A DNA stretch of 64,000 bases from positions 1 through 64,000 of the forward strand of contig MU058198.1 in NCBI GenBank assembly GCA_013265495.1, written 5' to 3'. This DNA is from Vicugna vicugna. Lineage: Eukaryota. How positions within the stretch are numbered: the first letter of the stretch is position 1; every line of letters starts with the position of its first letter. Position numbers and translations under genes: made by a program. This document shows positions 1 to 13,300 of this stretch, piece after piece. The notes below the pieces were generated by a model. It saw only the letters and a program-made list of their open reading frames with translations, was not told the origin of the DNA and ran no database searches.

Positions 1-725
1 ATGCCCCTCGACTTGGATTTGTTAGATTGTCTCCTCGTGGTTACATTTTTGGCAAGAACACTGCGTAAGGACTGCTGTGACGTGTTCAGTGCTGTTGTCC
101 CAGGAGGCGAATGATGATATGATTGATTACCCAGGTAAGGTGGTGCCTGCATCTCTCTCCATTCGAAAGGGACATTTACTGTAAATTGGTAAGTGATCTG
201 TAGGTAGATAATTTGAGGCTTGTGCCACACCCTTCCCCACAAAATTTCATCTACTGGTTCTTAGATTTGTTGTGGATTCTTGCATGAACTGAGTATTCCA
301 TTGATGGTTCCAAAACAAGAGCTTCTAAGTCTATCATTCTTTCCATGTTTATTAGTTGACATTCTTCAGCACGTTCTCATTCCCCTCTCTTGCCTTCCTT
401 CTATCTTAATATCAGTATGGACTCATGGACTTGCCATTAATTCTATGTGTTATAATCCATTACTATCATTACTAATTTAGTTGTTCATATCACCCCAGAT
501 TTGGCCAGTGGGAGCCCCTTCAGGCTAACTCCTGTTTCATTGTGACATGCCTCCTTTTTTTTTTAAGAACACTATATTCTCTGGTTAAAAAAAAAAGTTT
601 CAAGTATACTTTGAACTTTTCCTGCCCCAGCCCTAGAACCAGCCATTTCTCCAAGGAGCGCTGGTAACTTTTAGTGGAAAATGCTATTTAGAAACCAAGA
701 TGTGAGTAGGGAGAGTGCTCATTGC
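1..725 (-). mobile_element. Ancient L1 (L1MC/ME-type) 3' region
   Basis: Characteristic CCCAGATTTGGCCAGTGGGAGCCCCTTCAGGCT and CAGCCATTTCTCCAAGGAGC...TATTTAGAAACCAAGAT blocks. Confidence 0.7.
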
Positions 726-3700
726 TCCTGGGATGTCATGCCTCAGTAGAGCAAATGCACTTTTAACAACCCCGGCATGGGAAGTCAAAGCCAAAGGCAT
801 CAGGCAGCTGCCACAGCAGCAGAGGCTGAATTCAATGCTGGAATCAGGTACCATCCTCCAAGTACAGGACATACTTGTTTTGTTTTGTTTTGTTTTGTTT
901 TTTCAGGTGACCAGCACCCACTCCTCATTCATCTAACAACAGCAGGAAAAAGGAATTACCTCTCCTTCCTGTGGACGGTCACAGCGGGACTGTAAACCAA
1001 GGTGTCCTAAACCCCTCCTCATATCCAAGAGGTAGGTGCTAAATCCCCAAATCAGACAGGAGCCCCTGGACCCAGGAAGGAAGCTGAAGAAGGATACTGA
1101 GACTGTATGAGCGTAAGGGGTTTGACCATATATCCAGAGCTGGCAAAGTTATATGCCTTACAAGGTGAAGTTCCCCCATTGCAAGGTCTGATGGCTTCTC
1201 ATTTAGTGAGAGCCTGAAAGCTTCCCTGTCTTTGTAGAAAAGTTCTGGCACAGTAGAGCACATGGTGAGCTTCTTCCCCTAATATTGGGCCTTTCGTTCA
1301 TCCTTCCCACTTCACAGAATGTAGTTGTTTTGACAAATGTCTAGATGGCTAGTGATACATTTTCATCTCCTTCCAAATCCACACAACTGAACCGCTGCTT
1401 GTAAATCAGCATTTTTTTTCCAGAGGAAAATCTTCCAAAACTTTGTGTCAGTCCCTGCAGGGTTTCTTTATCTGCCTGCCTGCTTGCTTTGTGGGGGGTA
1501 AAAGAAAAGCCTAAAATCTTTTTTTTTTCTTTTAATTGAGAGAAGCCTGAAATCTTGATACTCACAACTTCAAAAATTATTACATTTATTAACCTTCTAT
1601 TTTCCTTTTTTAAAAATCCTTTTCCCCTTCCTCTTCCTTGTTATTCTTAAAAGAATAATCTTTGATATACGAGTGTTACACAAAGTGGTAGATTTGGGTG
1701 AAAGGAAGGGAGGGAGGGAGAGAGAAAAGTGAAGGAAGGATCAAAAGGAAGGAAGATTCTTATACTCCCCATGCTTCATAATGTAAAGACACAAGTTTTC
1801 TATCTTCTGGTACATAGGGTTTTTTTGAGTCACCCAACCCTTGGACACTGAACTTGTACATGTCAAAAGGATCTGGTCGTCATGAGGTACCATTGCTCTG
1901 GGGTGGATGGGGAGAAGTAGAGATCCAAGGGTGCCAATCTGATAGGGGGGGCCCTCATCCCCTCTAAATGAGCACCAGGCTTGACTTGCAAAATGAGCCC
2001 TGAGACTAAAAGGCATCACCATGGTTATTTCAGGGTTGCAGGAGACACCAGCTGTCAGAGCCTGAGGCTCCTCTCCCTGCTCTGCCCTCATGAATCTGAA
2101 CTTACAGGACAAGATGGGAGGAGGCTCAGTGTTGGGTGATGTGTTCAGCTATCCATGGAAAGAAGTAAAACAGCTGAGGGGAGGGGAGGTTCTGTAGACG
2201 TTATCATCCATTTTTCTGCGGTTTGGAGCACAGACAGCCTTCCAACGGGGGAGCGGGGTGCTTTGTTTGCTACTCACTGAAGATAATTTTTTAGCTCATC
2301 CAACATTTATTGAGGGTCAGTGCCATCTGGAGAGGCAAACATGAGCAAGCTCTCAGGGTTTTGCTCATAAAGGGGGAATGGCCACCCCTGCCCTGAGCAG
2401 TGTGATAGCTTCCATTCATGTTGTGCTATGTTGACACCAACAGTGCCCTGCAGACCCTTCAGAGTGCACTTCTGAGTCTGGTCCTTGTGCAAACTTCATT
2501 TGTTCTTCTCCTACAGCTGGACCACTTACTGTTAACAGTGATTTCTGTATGATTTCTGTTGAGCTGAATGGGCCATGCAAGACGTTCAAAGATGGAGTTA
2601 AACTTGAAACAAGTAAATCCAAGTGGAGCCAAACATCAAAGGTACGCCAAGAAAAGATACCATACTTCCCAGATACTTGATACTCAAAATGTGATCGTCA
2701 TGCCAGCAGCCTGGGTATGACCCGGGAGTTTGTGGGAAATGCACAATCTCTGGCCCCACCTCAGTCCTGTGAATCAGAACCTGCATATTAACAACATCCC
2801 CAGTGATTTGTGTGCATGCAGAAGTTTGAGAAGCAGAAGCTTAGACCACAGAAGAGCTCTCTCATATGAACGTATGAGAGACCTTGGCCAGCACATTAAG
2901 CAAGCCAAGTGACATCCAAGGGTCAACCAGGTGATCAGTGGGTAAAGCTGAACAGTGGTAGATAAAACGCAACCTGCTTTGTGTGCTGCATGGTTTCTGA
3001 CGTTCTGAGAACAGGCACAGACTCAGACAGCTGAGAACGACTGCTTGCCCTGCACTCAATGCTACATCGTCCTCTGCGACAGTCACCACAGAGCTGCCAG
3101 GTAATTTACAGGTGGAGAAACTGAGGCTCTCAGAAGGTGAAGTGGCTCGCCCAAAGCCATAGGACTCCAGTGGGGTCCAGCTGGGACTTGAACGTTGACT
3201 GCCTGGTTCCAGGAAGGTGGTCCTTCTACAGCTGCTTTGAAGCAGTGTTGCTAAGGACCAGGCAGGTCATGTGATTGAAGGGAAATCAGTGTGACTTGGG
3301 CATGAAAAGAAACAGGATGTCTCCAGTGGGGAGCTGGGGAAAGTAGGTAGGCTGACACCACGCTGAAAGCTTCAGATCCTGCGTGTCTGGCTCCGTGAAG
3401 ACCCCGCCTTCACATTCATATCCTTCCTGGGCACGCGGCAGTGAGATGATGTCAACAGTCCATCCTGCTGAGACCTAGAAACCATCCAGGACAACGTGCG
3501 TCCCTCAAATCTAGGACAGGTGCCTTCTTTGGGCAATAATGAGCTATTTTTCTCCTCAGCAGGGTGACCAAACTCTTCCCTTCATCTCCAAGTGAGGCTG
3601 AAAAAAAACAGATTTAGGGCTTCTTGCTGATATGAACTAACCTGAACAGAAAACCCCATTGTTCAGCCTTGTTTCCCCAGCCACCCGCCTAACCTGATAG

Positions 3701-5974
3701 TAGTCACTTAGAGAGAAGTTCCCCGCAGAGACACTGAAGAGCTCTGCTTCAGGTAATCAGCCGAGGCCTGGGCGCTCTGCAGACCTCAGGAGACGTTCTC
3801 GCAACTGTGCCAGGGTATGTTTCTCTCACTCCTCCTGACAACGTCTATAAAACTCTGGGTCCTGATGGGTTTCAGAAAAAGGGACCTCAGGGATTCTGAG
3901 GAACAGGGAAGCTGGGGAAAGGCTGGAAGGCTACGGGCACTGGGTAGGAAGATCACCACTGTGTGGACAGTGTAGCTTAGCACTTGGCTTACCTGCCTCC
4001 GACAGCCACTGTCTTCATGTAGGAGGCCAGGGTAGGAGAGAAAGAAGCGGAATTCCTCGAATGATGCTCCATTAAACTAACCCAATATATCACTTGGTTC
4101 ATTTCGAGCTATCTTCAGGATAAATGAGAAATCAAAAGTCCCAAGAAAAATCTCAGCATCACTAACTGGCTCTGTTCAATGCATTCTGATGCAAAAAAAA
4201 AAAAAAAGAAGAAGAATTAATAAACATAGCTTGGAAGTCCTCCTGGACCTGTACGATGAGGGTTGGCCAATGTTTTTCTCATACACGGAAATGGACAACT
4301 TCTCACCACTCCCTGACTCCCATCCACCCCATGATCAGTGGTTTCTTATGCTTGTGTCTCAGAAAGCAATCGCATCAGCAAAGCAGGTACCACTCTAGGT
4401 ATTTCAAGTAAGTGAATTGATTATTTAGAGATCAGTGGAAGATCAATTGAAAAAGGGAGCCTGAGAAGCAAAAAGAAGAAGGGATGATAACCAGAGATCA
4501 GAAGCTGCTGACGCCCCTAGGCTAGCTCGATGGGCCTGCACCTGATGCCGCACCAGCAGAGATTCTGCTGCATCACTTCTGGATTTATCAAAGAGGGGCC
4601 GCCTCCACCAGGTTCTGCCTCCACCTGGGATACTGGTGCTGGAATCACTCCCCTTCTGCGGCTGTTACAGCTACAGAAATCTCCCTCCACTCCCGCCTTT
4701 TGATCTCCATCCAGTGCACCTCAAGAAAAAGCCAGGAGGCAGAGAAGCCAAGGAAATACAGTTTGCATATTCCCAGCCCCAGCACTACAGCCCCATTACA
4801 GAAGGGCAAGTGTTTACAACCAGCCCAGCAACCAAGCTGTCCCAGGTTGACAGTGCCACCCGGTGGTCAGCAATGGAAACAACATGACCCACCACCTTTC
4901 TTCTTTCTGTTCAGTAAACAGAGAGACAGGGAAACTTCACTTAGCTTTAAGCTGTGAGTAAGATTCAGATCCACATATGCCTGCTCTAAGCCTCAGGCTG
5001 AAGGAGCAGCAGCAACCCGGGACATGCTTTTCCAGAGTGGATTGTAAGAGTGCAAGAAGGTGAGCCAAAGCACACAGCACATCTGAGGCATCTGTTTACA
5101 TCATAGCGGCTGCTAAGATTCCATTGGCCACAACGGATCACAGGACCACAGCCAATGTCTCACCATTCTCTGGGTAGTCAGGCTGTGCCTCAGGTTAGAC
5201 TATATACCATGGGGGCAGCCAGAGTTAAAGGCAGATGAGAGTCAGCCAAGGAAGAGACCATGTCACTGAAAGCAGATCTGCGGTGCACACCAGGTTCAAG
5301 TGGTCCAGTGTTTACTTGCAGCACGAGAGGAGAGGCAGCCCGGTGCAATGTGTCAGTCCACATGGCCAGAGGATCCACAGCTGATACATCAATACCCCAC
5401 ATCACGCTGCAACACAAGGACTCCAACCCATCCTCCTGGGGTCTGGAATACAGAAAGCTGCAGCATGCTTGAGGGCCACTGATGCATGAGCTGAAGCAGA
5501 ACAAAGAAGTGCACACCAAGCCAGGAACAGGGAAAGATACTCCTTCCCAAGGCCATAAGCCCAGCACGGGCTGTGAGAGCGCTTTATCTCCCCGTGAGAG
5601 GACATTCCAGCCTCAAGCTCACTCATATATGGCCAAGCTGGGGTCAAAGGACTGCACGCAGAGACTGCCTTTCCCAACGCCCAACATCCTGGGTGAGGAA
5701 TCCACTCCACTCCACAGTGCAGTAGCACTGGGAGGTCATCGGGCAGAAGAACTGTGATTAATAATCCAACTGACCACAGAAGGCAGAAAACAAACTCTAT
5801 CTCTTTCATCTCTCTATTCCTACCAACAAGTACCAGGATCCGTGCAGACAGACAACAAGCAATAATTGCTGAAACTGATTATGAATGGCATGGAACACGT
5901 GAGACAAAATATGTAACACAGTGGTCAAGAATTCGGGCTTTAGACTCACAAGGATCTGAGCTAACAGCAAAATG

Positions 5975-6690
5975 AAAGAGCCACTTTAAAAACAGTTTGG
6001 TAGTTTCTTTTTTTTTTTTATAATAAAGATTGACATGGGGAGGGGACAGCTTATGGTTAGAGTGTACGCTTAGCATGCACGAGGTCCTGGGTTCAATCCC
6101 CAGTACTTCCATATAAATAAATAAGTAAACCTAGTTACCAACCCCCCAAAATAAAATCAAATAAAAATTAAAAAAAAAAAAAGATTGACATAAACTTACC
6201 ATTAAACCCAGCAATTCCACTCCTAGGATCTACCCGAAAGAAACATACACGTCCACCCAAAGACTTGCACATGAATGTTTAGAGCAGAATTATTCAAAAC
6301 AGCCAGGAAACGGAAATAATCCAAATGTCTATCAGATGGTAAACAGACGAACAAAATGTAGCATACCCATACGACGGAATGCTCGTCTGCAATAAAAATG
6401 AGTAAGCTACTGATACAGCACAGACATACCTCTGGGTAAATAAAAGAAGCCAAATGAAAAGACCACTTATTGTATGGTTCCACTTATATGAAATGTCCAG
6501 AAAGAGGTACATTTATAGAGACATACAGTAGATTGCTGGGATGCCTGGAGTTCCGGATGGAAAGGGAGATTGACTTCAAACGAGCACAAGGGATTTTGAG
6601 GGGTGATGGGATATACTGATTGCACAACTTTTACAATTTACTAAAAATCATCGAAATATACATGCAAATGGGTGAAGTATGATAAAAATT
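5975..6690 (+). mobile_element. Old L1M 3' fragment interrupted by the Vic-1 SINE
   Basis: ACCCAGCAATTCCACTCCTAGG...CCAAATGTCTATCA...ATGAAATGTCCAGAA L1 3' motifs. Confidence 0.75.
6037..6179 (+). mobile_element. tRNA-derived SINE, camelid Vic-1 type
   Basis: GGGGAGGGGACAGCTTATGGTTAGAG...GGGTTCAATCCCCAG (A and B boxes), A-rich tail, TSD AAAGATTGACAT at 6025-6036 and 6180-6191. Confidence 0.88.
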
Positions 6691-8796
6691 AAAGAAGATC
6701 CGGGTTCAGATCCTGGCTGTACTCACGATCCTTGTGACCCAGAGTGAATTATATAGCGACATAACCTTATGAGCCTCAATTTCACCATCTGTAAAATGGG
6801 GACAAAAGAGAGGACTATTGAGGGATCAGTGAGATAACACCTGTTGCGCCCCCAGCAAAGGACCTGACAAGTGTCTGAAGAGCTGTTGTGACTTCTCCAG
6901 CACCCTGTGCTCTGGAGGAAATCACGTCATTCCAAGTCCATCCCAAGACCAAGATCCAGTCCCTGTTTGTATTTAAGTTGCTGGTTCCCAGATACCCTTG
7001 GGAATATGTCGATCACTGCCTTGTTCCAAAATCCCAGATACAAAAATTACTTAGAATATTTCTGGGCCAGAAATTAAAATATATCAACTTTACTCACATC
7101 ACAGCTTCAGAAACGGAGGCTTTTCCAGAATGCTATACTCAGATAAAAGAGGTTCTGACCAGATACAGGCATTTCCTCTCCACTTTTTATTTTACATATT
7201 TTTAATGGAGAAAAAAAACCACCTTGGCTTAGCAGGTCTGGGCTGCCTAGAGCTGACAGATTCTACAAGCAATTTGTAGGAAACATTCCAGCCTTTACAA
7301 TGAACCTTGGGGGACAGAGCGGCCACTGAGACGGGTGATTCACTTCGATGACAGCTTCCTGATAAGGGCTCGAACCGGCCAGAGGGTTGGTCAATTTACG
7401 ACTTCACAAAAGATTCAATAAAAGTCATAAATAAAAGGGCACATGGGTGTGAGTGCACTGCCCAGAGTTGGAAGGTCCCAGATGACAGAACACAAGGCTG
7501 GCGACTCTGATTTAAGGTTTATCACCGACGCAGTGAAAGGTACAGATCCCACATGCCAGGGGTGCTCACCGTCCAGCGCAGACAGACTGCATCCAAGGAC
7601 TAGGGGAGCCATTTCTTAGATTCCTCGGCTGTGAATCTGTGGGCAGTGGGGACGAGGAAAGGCTGCCTTCCCTAATATACAGATCTTGGTGCCTCCAAGT
7701 TTGATCCTAGATAAGGACTCTTCTGGGAGTAACTGGATGTCTCCCCTTCCAAACTGCCCAACTTTCTACCATTCAATCCGCTCTTAGAGCTGAAGGCTTT
7801 GTCTCCTGATACAACACAAAACCACCTCAGAACAGGCCACGTGCACTCGCATTCAATCATCTAATAACCCTTCTTCCTATGATTATCAATATTCATAAAA
7901 TTGATTCTGCGCTCTCTTCCCCTTTGGAAATAATTCAAACTTCAAGGCGTTGCTGTGACGGTGAGGGTTAAATGAGCTGGAGTTAAAAATAAATAAGTGA
8001 CCCTCAGCACGTGCCTGGCACAGAGTCATCCGCCATAAACTGTAGCTATATAATTGCTCACAGTCTAAACCCTTTCCCACGAGAGGATTTAAAGCTCATG
8101 TGGCGGTGTTATAATAATAAAATTAATAGTAATAATTATTACCACTATTAATCACAGCTCTTGGCTTGTTTTGTGCACAAAGTGTGCTAGAAGCTCTGGT
8201 CCCTTCTCTCACTTGGAGAAGGTAGGATTTTCATTATACATATTTCTGTAGATTTTATGTATAGCATGATACACATAGTCAGATAGCACATGGTAAGAGG
8301 ACCGGTGTGATATGCCAAAGGGTGGTCAGGAAAGTCTTCCCTGATAAAGTGGCATTTGAGCAGAATCCTGAGTGAAGTGAGGGAGAGGACCACGTGGCTA
8401 CGTGGAGGAAGGGCATCCCAGGTACCAGGAACAGCAAGTGCAAAGGCTCTCAGGTGGGATCAAAGCACAGGAATTTTCCTGTGACGTTTCCCTTCTGAAC
8501 TATCTCGCCTGGAGTGAGAGAGATCTCCGATTTGGGCATAAGTGCATTGATTACGTTTCAGAATAAGACCCTCTTCCTGGACGAAAAAAAACAAAAAGAG
8601 GAAATCATTAAACTGAGCCTGAAAAAGAAAAGACTAGCACGCAGGCAACGAAGGTGGCATCAAAGCCGTCGGAGATGGAAATTACATGAACAGCAGCCTA
8701 GACTCCTCAAATGTAGACTTCTCCCATCCAGGTTCTTCACAATCTCCAGACGCTTTATGCTGTACACCAGAAATTGACACAACTGACTATACTTCA

Positions 8797-8830
<34 letters not shown>

Positions 8831-10324
8831 CAAATAGTGATTATGAGAATTTTCTGGATGTCCTTCTGTGCTCAGATGTAGAAGCTTCTGAAGGGTACAC
8901 AGGGAGTGTGTATGTGTGTATGTATGTATATATGTGTGTGTGTACATATATACACACACACATATATATATATATATATATTTAAAAAAAAACAAAAAAC
9001 CTCCAGACGCTTGAAGGAAAACACTGTAAGTAAACTGCTATGTCTTTTTCCCTCATTGCCTGTGCAAACCCATCCTTCTAAGCTACACGTGTCCTTATCT
9101 TCTTTCTCTATTCTCCATCACACCGGTTGCCCGGAGCCCATGTTTCTCCATTTTTCAGCTCTCAAAATTGCACACAGAGTTGCCTGCTGCCTTTGGTCTG
9201 TCAAGACTCATACATAGTCTGACATGCTGGCTAAGAACAGAAAGGGAGATGGGAGGCTGAGAAGGCAGAAGGGAGCAAGAGCCTGAGTCTTGCCCAGAGA
9301 GGCCGGGAATATGAGCATTTGCTCAGGCGGGTCAATAGGGTGTGGGTTGCATGAATCTTAAGGGCAGTACAATGCCTCGTTCTAGGAGAACACAGTGTCC
9401 GATAGTTCTCCCCCACATATGTGAATGGAAAGCTGCTCGCTCTTAGGGCAAAAGGAGATTAAGGGCCAACACTTACTGAGCACCTACTATGCACGTGGCA
9501 CACATCTCCCTAATCCCTACAGCAGCCCTGAGAGAGGGGCAGCTCATCTCATTTCGTAGATTAGAATAATAGGATACTGTGAACTCCATCAGAGCAGGGA
9601 GTTTGCTCGTGTGCCCACACCGTCAGCAGAATGCCTAGCACCTCGGAGGTGCTCAGTAAACACTTGGTGAATGAGTGAATGAGGAAACTAAGACTCACAG
9701 AAATACAGCACATAGGAGTAGTGAAGAACGAGACATTGGAGGTGAAGAGACTTGAGCGTGAGCCCGGCTCTGCCATTTACCGGCCGTGTAATCGCTAATC
9801 TTTGCCTGCAAAACGGATCTAACAGTGGAACCCACCTCCTGGATCTGAGGGAGGATTGGAGAAGTTCTTACAAAAGTACTTGTAATCAAGCCCTCGATAA
9901 ATGGTAGTTATTTCTATTATGGAATCATGACGGTCAAGGCTACACTTGAATCAATGTTTGATGATGATGAAGATGAAAAAGGAGGAGGAGGAGAGAGAAG
10001 ATCAGGATGGTCTCAGGAGCTTCAGTTGGAAAAAAGATCCTGGCTTGAAATCTTATGGAAGATTGCTGAATAGATGAAAATTTCCCTATATATTCTTACT
10101 GAATTGGCGCAGTCTCCTTAAGGGCCACCATCTGTCTTGAACATTCTAAGGACTCAGAATTTAAGCTTCGACTTTCCCTAGTCCAGACAAGTGAAGTTAG
10201 ATGTGACTTTTTTTCCTTCCACTGTCCAATTTGGGAATGACTTTTCAAGGTTAATATTTAGTCCCTTTTAGGACATTCCCCACAGAGCTTATTCAAAAGG
10301 CCTGGATTGAATGTTTCTCAAATA

Positions 10325-10503
10325 CAGTGGTTCTAAAAGTGTGCTTCCACGACCAGCAGCATCAGTGACACCTAGGAACTTGTTAGAAATGTGAATTCTT
10401 CACCCACCCTAGATCCCCTGAACAGGAAACTCTGGGCGTGGGGCCCAGCGATCAGAGTTTTAACACAGGCGACTGCTGCATGGGTAAGTTTTGAGAATTG
10501 CTG
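10325..10503 (+). mobile_element. MER5A-type hAT-Charlie MITE
   Basis: CAGTGGTTCT...GACCAGCAGCATCAG...GGAACTTGTTAGAAATG...TTTGAGAATTGCTG; related MER5 copies at ~2675-2836 and ~23948-24113. Confidence 0.8.
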
Positions 10504-10799
10504 CTCTAATGAAAGCCGAAGAGGGCGGCCACAAACTGTCCTCTCCAGTTAGCCCCTGAGAGGCTTCTGGTGTTCAGGTGAGAAGAATGAGGCGGCAGCA
10601 AGACTCCCTGGAGACTGCGCATCTTCTCCAGCAAATGGCAAAGGAGTTTTAACATGAGGAACCATAAAACTGTGTAGCTCAGTCACCCAAAAAACACTGA
10701 GTGTCTACTATGTTCCAGGTGCTGTGCTAAGTTCCAGGGGTATCAGGGCAAACACAACATGTGATTCCAGGTCTCCAGGGATGAACACTGGGTGTGAAA

Positions 10800-11560
10800 G
10801 ACCTGCGTTTCACACGCATCAAACTGGTAAGGATGGAAAGTCTGACAAAACCAAATGCTGGAGAAACAGGAAGTCTCACGTACTGCTGGTAAGAGTGGAA
10901 ATGGTACAACTGCTCTGGGGAGCAACTGGGGGAAATCTAGTAAAGCTGAAGACGTAGAGCTCCTAGTAATTTCATTCCTAGGTTTATATCCTAAGCCTGG
11001 AGAAGCTCCATCGGTTTTCACGAAGAGAAGTGCACAGGAATATTTACTGCAGCGCTGTCCGCAAAGCAGGAACACAGGGACAACCTAAATGTCCACTTAC
11101 AGGGGAATGGATAAACAAATCGTGATAGAGCTGTACAGTGGCACGCCATCAGTAACAAGCTAACACGAAAGAAGTGGAAAATGAGTGAAACGCAACTTTG
11201 ACCAATTGAAAAATCATCATAATTAACCAAAAAAGCAAGTCTAGGAATGATATGGATGGTGGGATTCTATTTAAAGTTTTAAAATACGCAACGTAATACT
11301 ATATGTTAATAACTGGTGGTACATATGCAGCAGAAGTATTCAAATATGCATGGAATAAAAATACAGCTGGAGGGTGGAGGTCACCACTGGGAAAGGAGGG
11401 AGAGGGGAAGGGACACAAGCTTTAGATGGGTCCACAGTGGAATCAGATTGCATCTGTGATGTTACATTTCTCAAACTGAGTGATGGGTAAACGTTTGTTC
11501 ACTCTACTCGTCTTTAAAGTTTTTTGTGTGCCTGAAACATTTCATAACAAAATTTACAAA
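10800..11560 (+). mobile_element. Old L1ME-type 3' fragment
   Basis: AAGTCTGACAAAACCAAATGCTGG...CAACCTAAATGTCCA...GAATGGATAAACAAAT motifs. Confidence 0.7.
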
Positions 11561-11999
11561 AGCCATTGCAAGTAATTAATTAATAATGATCAATATGTCC
11601 AGTACTGCAAAGAAGGACTATAGGTTGTCATAAGTGAAGACATAACAAATTCCTCTATTTCAACCCTCCTCTTAACTTGCTGCAAAAGTCTTACATTCAG
11701 CTCCAGCCAGTCATGAATGATATGTCACTTTAGCTTATCTATATTCTTTAATTTTTCTACCAAGAAAATAGACCACTTGGATTTCAAGATATCTAACTGA
11801 CAGTTTTGAACAAAGCAGTCAAAATCAGTGTACAAATGTTTGCATAGGCTATTCCAATGTTCTATATGTCTAATATATGCTTGTAAGTATAGACACATAA
11901 GGGAGGGAGTGGAGAATTCTAGAAAGCTCTACATAAAGAAGTCAGAAGTCATTATTTCTGGGAGGTAGGAGTATTGGAAATTGGTGGGAGTATTTGCTT

Positions 12000-12505
12000 C
12001 TTATAGTGTTTCATCCCCTTCTCGTCTTTCTTCTAGAACAGAATCCATCCTTCCTCCGGGAAACCTATTTCTTGTATGTCAAGTGAGATTTGCATTGGCT
12101 CCACCTCCCTGGGCCATTGACTCACTAAACTGACCAATTAGAGCACTTTATTCGTAGCCACAGGGAATGGCTCAAGAATGTACATGTGATATACTTCCAA
12201 CCAATCAAGTCCCTCCCTGAGACTCTTCTGAGAAAAGACATTTCCCATCTAGTAGATTGTTCAATTGATAGGGATTAACCTGGGGTTAACAGTGTCCACT
12301 TTTCCCCCATCTGGAGTAGGCCTATTAGAGAAATGAATAGAGAGAGAGCAAGCGTATCCCATTTTGAGTATTTTGAGCCTCGGACACAGCCATGCCTGAT
12401 TTATCCCTGGAACATCCTTGTTATCTGAGCCAATGTATTGTTTTGAATCACCTAAATCAGTCTGAGATTGATTCCTGACACTTAGACTGAACAAGTTCTG
12501 ACTTT
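12000..12505 (+). mobile_element. Old MLT1-like LTR
   Basis: TGAGCCAATGTATT...AAATCAGTCTGAGATTGATTCCTGACACTT...CTGACT 3' terminus pattern. Confidence 0.5.
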
Positions 12506-13109
12506 TATACTTTTATTTTGTTCCCCTCTATTTTCTACATTTGTCCACAATGAGCATGTATCACATGTAAAACATGTTTCAGATGCAAAAATTTAAAAAG
12601 GAAGGAAGGAAGGAAACAGCAGATCAGCATTTGTCTGCAGAGGGCTTGCTGGTGGACACGCCTGCCTAATTTGGGGGAGGCCATGGTTTGCCTCTGGCTT
12701 GTGAGTCTGTTGGCCCCTTTGAGGTCTCCTGGCCTGACTCATTGCTTTCAGACTAAAGACTTGACACCCCCAAATCAAGAGCACTGCCAAATCCACCTTT
12801 TCCAGCACCCCCACTGGTCCCTGCTTTAAAGTGATAATTAGCATAAAGTTGGGTATCTTTTCCCTCTGGGAGAAAATTCTTTAATGGCGTGAAGTGGAGC
12901 AGAGTGTGGGTGGATTTAACAAGGAGGTAAGGAAGCTTATGTAAGTGGCATTATTATATATGATTATATCACCAGGGTAAGAGAGACTCATTCCTACTTG
13001 GGTGTTATACCGATCATTAAGTTTTAGGCTTACATGAAATAAAGTGATGAAGAAAAGCCATGCTCTCTCTCCTTCACCCAACCCCAGAATAACATCAATA
13101 CTCATTCAG

Positions 13110-13300
13110 CCTTACCCTGTTCCCAGCACCATTCTAAGCTCCTTCCGTGCATTAAATCCTCACAGCAATCCCTTGGGGGGGGGTATTGTTACTATACCCA
13201 TTTTACAGATGAGGAGACTGAGTTACAAGAGATCACAGAATTTGCCCAAGATCCCACAGCTGGAAAGTGGGCAAGCCAAATTCCCAGTACACACTGTTCA
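13110..13300 (-). mobile_element. MIR SINE (one example of many: ~6700-6870, 9470-9560, 9740-9915, 20990-21185, 22340-23065, 46240-46450)
   Basis: Core CCCATTTTACAGATGAGGAGACTGAG...TTGCCCAAGATCCCACAGCT. Confidence 0.8.

Noticed and set aside
6037..6110. tRNA-like sequence with A and B boxes
   Set aside because: It has an A-rich tail and a TSD, and there are four diverged copies in the window: a SINE, not a tRNA gene.
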